This document shows, one piece after another, positions 56,027 through 61,210 of a stretch of 61,210 bases of DNA. The translations under genes and the position numbers were made by a program. Location of the stretch: the NCBI GenBank assembly GCA_048938855.1, contig JBHLLT010000017.1, forward strand, positions 1 to 61,210, given 5' to 3'. The notes under the pieces are model-generated. The model saw only the letters and a list, made by a program, of their open reading frames with translations, searched no databases and was not told the DNA's origin. Origin of the DNA: Promethearchaeota archaeon. Its GTDB lineage: Archaea > Asgardarchaeota > Lokiarchaeia > Sigyniarchaeales > SOKP01. Numbering within the stretch: the stretch's first letter is position 1; every line of letters starts with the position of its first letter.

Positions 56027-56836
56027 TTAGCCTTTACCCTGATCATGAGCAATAAGCGCTGCGCCTATTGCGCCTGTCAATTGAGCAGTACTGGTTCCAT
56101 TAATTACCGGAATTACAATATCAAATCCTAATTCTTGTTCTAAAAAACTCTTAACTGCCACATTTTTAGCAACACCACCACAAAAAACTAAAAGAGGGGC
56201 AACACCTATGCGTTTTGCCATTCCTGCGACCCGTTTTGCGATAGATTTATGAATTCCAGCAGCTATATCCTCCTTATTTGAGCCCTTTGCAAAAAGAGAG
56301 ATTACCTCCGATTCAGCAAAAACAGTGCAGGTTGAACTAATTGAAGCAGGATTTTTAGACTTTAAAGCTAATTCTCCAATCTCATTAATCGGAACTTCAA
56401 GAGCTCCAGCCATTACTTCTATAAAACGGCCCGTTCCAGCAGCACACTTGTCGTTCATTTGAAAATCGATAACACTACCGGTTTTTTTAGATATCACAAT
56501 TGCTTTACTGTCTTGGCCACCAATGTCTATTACTGAGTGTGCGTCTGGATAGAAATATTGAACTCCCCGAGCATGAGCTGTTATTTCAGTAATACGATCA
56601 TCTGCAAATGATACTGTATTTCTCCCATATCCGGTGCTCATAACATATACATCACTCTTTTTCAAATTGTGTTGTTCCAAGAGATCATTAAACATGTTAC
56701 TCCCCACACGTTTAAAATCAAATGTTGATCGACCAACTCGAAAATCTACTAATTCAGTTTCTCTCAGTAGAGCAACTTTTGTCTCTAATGACCCAATGTC
56801 AATTCCAATATATGTCTTCAAGGTTAATCCATTCAA
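56027..56836 (-). CDS. 2-hydroxyacyl-CoA dehydratase activase (HgdC/BadF-type ASKHA ATPase)
   Basis: GIDIGS..TK, STGYGR, ITEITAHARG, IDIGGQDSK, MNDKCAAGTGRF, ISSTCTVFAESE, GGVAKN. Confidence 0.96.
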   Translation of the reverse strand: MNGLTLKTYIGIDIGSLETKVALLRETELVDFRVGRSTFDFKRVGSNMFNDLLEQHNLKKSDVYVMSTGYGRNTVSFADDRITEITAHARGVQYFYPDAHSVIDIGGQDSKAIVISKKTGSVIDFQMNDKCAAGTGRFIEVMAGALEVPINEIGELALKSKNPASISSTCTVFAESEVISLFAKGSNKEDIAAGIHKSIAKRVAGMAKRIGVAPLLVFCGGVAKNVAVKSFLEQELGFDIVIPVINGTSTAQLTGAIGAALIAHDQGKG

Positions 56837-56890
56837 ATAGTATATTAATTAGGGAAATGAATATCAAAAATTAAAATTTGTGGTTATTAA

Positions 56891-57604
56891 TTAGCTTAAT
56901 AAGAATACAGAAATCAAAACGGTTATAAAAAAGGCAAAAGTCATCTGTAATATATTTTTTAAAATAGATTCTTTAGAGACTACTCCTAAAAAAACACCAA
57001 GTAAAATTATACAGAATAATATTATTACAAAAGATATAATAAATATATACAGATTAGCATTAGGTACAAGGAAGAATGGAATTAAAGGTATTAATCCTCC
57101 TAAAAACGGTGAACCCCCATTTACACATGAAACAATTATACTCGCAAAATTTTCAGCCTTTTGTTGTAGAGTTTTAATCTTTTTCTCCCTTTTTCTTAAT
57201 CTAATTTTTGCTTTAGAATTTATGTTTTTATTTATTTTGATCAGCATTGCTTTTTCAATTTCTTTTATATCCTGAGAATCTTCTTTAAATTCGGTTTCTT
57301 CCTCACTAACATCAATGACCATTGCTCTCCTCAATTCTTCTTTAATTTTCTTCTGTTCGGCTTTCTCTGATAGATATGAACCAGTCAGACCTGAAATCAA
57401 CATTGAAATAGAACTCCCAACACCGGTCAATATAACATAATGACTATATACTGTTTGGTCACCTTCTTTTAAAATAAGTACAAAAAAGCCTAATAAAATA
57501 CCTAAAACCGTTAACATTCCATCATAAAAATTATTTACAAAATAGCGTCTTGCAATTGCCCATAAATTAGTGACTTTTGCATATATTCTGACTTTTTCCA
57601 ACAT
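56891..57604 (-). CDS. VIT1/CCC1-like membrane transporter
   Basis: ARRYFVNNFYDGMLT, SM.ISG..GSYLSEKAE, GGLIPLIPF. Confidence 0.85.
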   Translation of the reverse strand: MLEKVRIYAKVTNLWAIARRYFVNNFYDGMLTVLGILLGFFVLILKEGDQTVYSHYVILTGVGSSISMLISGLTGSYLSEKAEQKKIKEELRRAMVIDVSEEETEFKEDSQDIKEIEKAMLIKINKNINSKAKIRLRKREKKIKTLQQKAENFASIIVSCVNGGSPFLGGLIPLIPFFLVPNANLYIFIISFVIILFCIILLGVFLGVVSKESILKNILQMTFAFFITVLISVFLLS

Positions 57605-57708
57605 TTTCTTTACTATTTAACCAATAGTCTATAGAAAAATTACCCTTTTATTTGGATTTTATTTTACATTTAAAAAATTCATTATATAATTAGATTTTGA
57701 AACACCTT

Positions 57709-58359
57709 TTAGATACCAAGAAGTATCGAGATAATCAGCGTTACTACACCAGCAGTTATTAAATGTAAAGCATAACGTAGACGGCCTCCTCCTGAAATCT
57801 GCCCTAAAAATATGCCTAAATATACTAGCAAACCAGCAAGTATTCCATAAGAAATTATAAAATGTAATAAAGTCAGAGTTCCTCCAAAGAAAAAAGGAAT
57901 TAGAGGAAGAGAGCTTCCTAAAACTGGAGCTGCTCCATCTACCAAAGAAGCCAGGAGAGTTGCAAAACTTTCTGCTTTCTCAATTATTGTTTTAGGCTTT
58001 TTTTCTTTCTTTTTTTTTCTTGTATTTTTATTTGTATTATCTGTCTCAATTTCTACTTCTGCCATATCCTTTTTCATATCGATTACTTTTTTCTTTCTTT
58101 CAGCTTCCTCAGAAAGAAATGCTCCCCACAATCCACTAATTCCAATCGCAAGAGCAGTTGCAAATCCAGGTATAAGAACCTGCTGAGTCTCATACGATGT
58201 AGGATTTGGGAGAAAAAGTATAAAAATACCACTAACAATTCCAGCGCAAGTTAGAGCACCATCAAAAGCATTATTAAAAAATTTCCTTCTTGCTATTATT
58301 CCTAAATCTGACATCTTTGAATATTCCTTCCACTGGCGAATTCTATCTTTTAACTTCAT
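57709..58359 (-). CDS. VIT1/CCC1-like membrane transporter (tandem paralogue)
   Basis: ARRKFFNNAFDGALT, ISGLWGAFLSEEAE, SSLPLIPF. Confidence 0.85.
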   Translation of the reverse strand: MKLKDRIRQWKEYSKMSDLGIIARRKFFNNAFDGALTCAGIVSGIFILFLPNPTSYETQQVLIPGFATALAIGISGLWGAFLSEEAERKKKVIDMKKDMAEVEIETDNTNKNTRKKKKEKKPKTIIEKAESFATLLASLVDGAAPVLGSSLPLIPFFFGGTLTLLHFIISYGILAGLLVYLGIFLGQISGGGRLRYALHLITAGVVTLIISILLGI

Positions 58360-58552
58360 TTAGTTCCATTTTCTCCTTTTTAAGAATATCAATTCATTCA
58401 AACAGGTCTAATTATAATACTTTCAATTCATTTAGAATCTTGTTATAAATTAAATTAAGAATATATTAAAATTTCTCTAAATACTATATTTTTTATTGAT
58501 CTAATTTTACTAGTATTTATAATAGTAAAATAAATTTTAAGTTGAATTCTAA

Positions 58553-59188
58553 ATGGATAAAGTAAAAGAAGAAGTTGTATCAATGTTAATTGAGCATTCA
58601 AGGATAATTTATTCTGTAATTAGTGATATGGGTGTTTTTTATAATGGATGGGCTGAAAATTATGAGAAAAATAAGCAATCACTTGAAAAGAAGAAAAATA
58701 AAATACAATTATCCGAAGAAGATGCCGACGCTATAAAAATTGAGTTAATTCAAAATTATTCCGAAGCAGGAGCAGGATTAGGGAGATTTATTGCACTAAT
58801 CCTTAAGATGGATAATATCATTAACTATTCTTTAGAATTTGTGGATATGTTGCCTAAAATTGAATTGGTTCAAAAAACTGATCAAGATATTATTAAAAGA
58901 TATGATAAATTGATTAATAAAACAATCGAAATGGCCAGTGTACTAAAATCCACTATAAAGAGCTTAAGAGACAAACCAGATGTTGTATTCAAGAATACTA
59001 CGACGATTCATGAAATTGAAAATGAAATAGACTCCATTTATAGGCAATTTCTTGAATCTTTATATTCTAATAAAGAATTAGACATGAGAAAGCTCTTACG
59101 TATAAGGGATAGTATACATTTATTGGAAAACCTAGCTGATCGTATTCATGATGTAGCAGATGATATTAGAGTTTTATTATATCAATAA
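58553..59188 (+). CDS. DUF47/PhoU-like phosphate transport regulator
   Basis: EEDAD.IK, IHEIENEIDSIY, LENLADRIHDVAD acidic motifs. Confidence 0.85.
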   Translation: MDKVKEEVVSMLIEHSRIIYSVISDMGVFYNGWAENYEKNKQSLEKKKNKIQLSEEDADAIKIELIQNYSEAGAGLGRFIALILKMDNIINYSLEFVDMLPKIELVQKTDQDIIKRYDKLINKTIEMASVLKSTIKSLRDKPDVVFKNTTTIHEIENEIDSIYRQFLESLYSNKELDMRKLLRIRDSIHLLENLADRIHDVADDIRVLLYQ

Positions 59189-59280
59189 TTTTATTTTGTT
59201 TTTATATACATTATGATGAATAAAAAACAAAGAATTTCACATATAATTGCACAAAATATACTGAAATTTATTTCCTGCTA

Positions 59281-59964
59281 ATGAAAGATCGAGGAGAAAA
59301 TAGTTTTATTAAATTACCTAGATTTGCAGCTAGATTATATGACAAAATGATGCAGTTAGAACCAATGAAGGTTCAAAGAATTCAAATTGCTGAAGAATTA
59401 TCAACATATATTACTGAAGGGAAATTACTTGATGTAGGGACAGGGCATGGAAGATTATTAAAAGAAATAAACGAAATAAATTCAAAAATTCAATTATTTG
59501 GAATTGATATTTCAGAAAAGATGATAGCTTTAGCAAAAACCAATCTTAAAGAAATTCACGCTACTTTACAACAAGGAAATATAGTATCTACTCAATTTAA
59601 AAATAATTTTTTTGATCTTATAACTTGTACTGGAAGTTTTTATCTCTGGAATTCTCCTGTTGAAGCTTTAAATGAGATTCACCGAATATTAAAACCTGAA
59701 AAATATGCAGTATTATTTGAATCTCATAAAGAGTATGATGAGATAGAATTAAAAGAAGGAATAAGATCAAACCTTCAAAATGAAAGCTTCTTTAATAGAA
59801 AAATGGTTCCTTCATTCTTGAAAAAACAGCTAAAAATGACATATCCTATACATACATTAAAAGACCTTATAAATAAGTCATTATTTACTACTAATTATTC
59901 TATTAAAAAAATAATTTTAGCAAATTTACCGATCTGGTTAAAAATCGAGCTGAAAAAAAAATAA
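59281..59964 (+). CDS. Class I SAM-dependent methyltransferase
   Basis: LLDVGTGHG, GIDISEKM, FDLI, ALNEIHRILKP. Confidence 0.92.
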   Translation: MKDRGENSFIKLPRFAARLYDKMMQLEPMKVQRIQIAEELSTYITEGKLLDVGTGHGRLLKEINEINSKIQLFGIDISEKMIALAKTNLKEIHATLQQGNIVSTQFKNNFFDLITCTGSFYLWNSPVEALNEIHRILKPEKYAVLFESHKEYDEIELKEGIRSNLQNESFFNRKMVPSFLKKQLKMTYPIHTLKDLINKSLFTTNYSIKKIILANLPIWLKIELKKK

Positions 59965-59978
59965 TTTGGTGAAAAAGA

Positions 59979-60848
59979 TTGAAATTTAAAGGATTGGATA
60001 AGTTTCTTGAAAAGATACCTAAATTTTCGGGGAAAAAAATAATACTGCTTCCACTTTATGTACTTTCTGTATTAATTGCAAGTTTATTTTTTCAATTCCT
60101 ATTTGATGACTTACCCACTATATTGCCCACAGATGGTTTATTAGGATTTTTCCTTCCATGGTTTCCTGTTTTTGGAGTTCTTATAATAGGAATAATTGCA
60201 ATATTCTTAATTTATCAAATGTGGTTTTACCGAGATCGCTTTAAAGCAAAATACGGGCAACTTTCTTATCAAAAAATATTTCTCGCGGGATTTGGAGGTG
60301 TAGTCGTTATTTTTAGCATAGTAATTCACACCTATATTGCTTTTTATAGATGGAATGTTGGATTCTGGACTCAATTTCCCTATTCTTTTTTTACTACTCC
60401 TTTGAGTTCATATCTTTCTCCAATAGCTCTATTTTTTGAATATTTGCGTTTAATTTGTGGAGTATTCTTAGGAATACTGGGGCTATTAATGGCTATTAGA
60501 GCTCTTTTTACATTTGGTTTTGATTATATGACTGTGATATATCTATACTTTCCCGAGGAAAGTGAACTACAAGATAATAAAATATATTCCGCTTTACGTC
60601 ATCCAACTTATGCTGGAGCGCTCATTATTTGTTTAGGAGGCGCAATTCTCCAATTAACAGTTTATTCAATTTTATTTTTCTTAATATTATATTTTGGAAT
60701 GCTTATTCATATTCATTTTGTAGAAGAAAAAGAATTGATTAATCGATTTGGAGATTCATACAAAAAATATAGAAAAAATGTCCCTGCCTTTTTTGTACGT
60801 CCAAAAAACTGGGGGAAATTTTTTAAATTTATTATAGGAAAAGAGTAG
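59979..60848 (+). CDS. ICMT/PEMT family membrane methyltransferase
   Basis: IYSALRHPTY, EEKEL..RFG..Y..YRK.VP.F; multiple TM segments. Confidence 0.88.
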   Translation: MKFKGLDKFLEKIPKFSGKKIILLPLYVLSVLIASLFFQFLFDDLPTILPTDGLLGFFLPWFPVFGVLIIGIIAIFLIYQMWFYRDRFKAKYGQLSYQKIFLAGFGGVVVIFSIVIHTYIAFYRWNVGFWTQFPYSFFTTPLSSYLSPIALFFEYLRLICGVFLGILGLLMAIRALFTFGFDYMTVIYLYFPEESELQDNKIYSALRHPTYAGALIICLGGAILQLTVYSILFFLILYFGMLIHIHFVEEKELINRFGDSYKKYRKNVPAFFVRPKNWGKFFKFIIGKE

Positions 60849-61210
60849 GTTCTAAGATAAATTAACTCATTTCCCTTTATAGTTTATAAATTAATTATAA
60901 AAATTTCCAAATATTACTCTATTTTAAATTTAATTTATTATTTTAAAAGAGAAAAATATTGGTTATAATCGCAATAATTAACTTTGTTATAATGTTAAGC
61001 ACTTCCTTTATAATATAAAAAAAGAACTGGGGCATTATTTCCTAAATTAAGAAAGAAATCATAAATTTAATAATCTAAATGAGTTGAACCTTTAAAACGA
61101 GTAAAGAGCGATCCACTATTAAGGAGAATAAGGTTTTATTTATTGCTGCAATTTCCATGCTAGGATATTCTATCCTTGAGATCGGCGATAGTATTATAGT
61201 TTTCCTAATA

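Noticed and set aside
981-56840. Numerous 60-140 aa antisense or off-frame ORFs (e.g. 981, 2353, 4408, 5028, 7095, 18053, 20482, 22276, 22816, 31408, 38688, 42467, 49435, 54156, 56634)
   Set aside because: All lie within well-supported genes and show the composition of shadow frames.
1-61210. tRNA, rRNA, IS elements, integrases, defence systems
   Set aside because: No GC-rich structured RNA stretch or diagnostic protein motif was recognised. tRNAscan-SE, Infernal and DefenseFinder would be needed to exclude them formally.

Overview
AT-rich archaeal chromosomal segment, most consistent with an Asgard archaeon of the Lokiarchaeia type. This assignment is an inference from the TFB gene, GGTGA Shine-Dalgarno sites, TATA promoters, an Arf/Rag-like small GTPase with an HKxD G4 motif, double-zinc-ribbon membrane proteins and bacterial-type metabolic genes. 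About 50 protein genes were found; no rRNA, tRNA, CRISPR array or transposase was recognised. Housekeeping blocks are purL-purQ-purS, purC and glmM-glmS. Accessory blocks are: (i) a 3x178-aa repeat surface protein sitting between decayed gene remnants; (ii) PadR-Hsp20; (iii) a CBS-membrane protein coupled to a two-pass membrane protein with an RGG/FG low-complexity N-terminus and two double zinc ribbons; (iv) an AGPS-like flavoprotein, CCG Fe-S protein and FGGY kinase operon; (v) a ~20 kb stress/energy cluster (three USPs, site-2 protease, P3A H+-ATPase, glycogen phosphorylase, K+-independent H+-PPase, DUF47, ArsR plus degenerate GTPase, Lrp-small ORF-TFB, stomatin) whose promoters share sequence next to the TATA box; (vi) a GCS2 ligase, gamma-glutamylcyclotransferase and class I GATase operon; (vii) a 2-hydroxyacyl-CoA dehydratase with activase and an orphan paralogue. 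The best candidates for undescribed systems are the gamma-glutamyl ligate/remove operon, the RGG membrane protein module and the putative alternative-TFB stress regulon. All family assignments come from motif recognition, not database searches.
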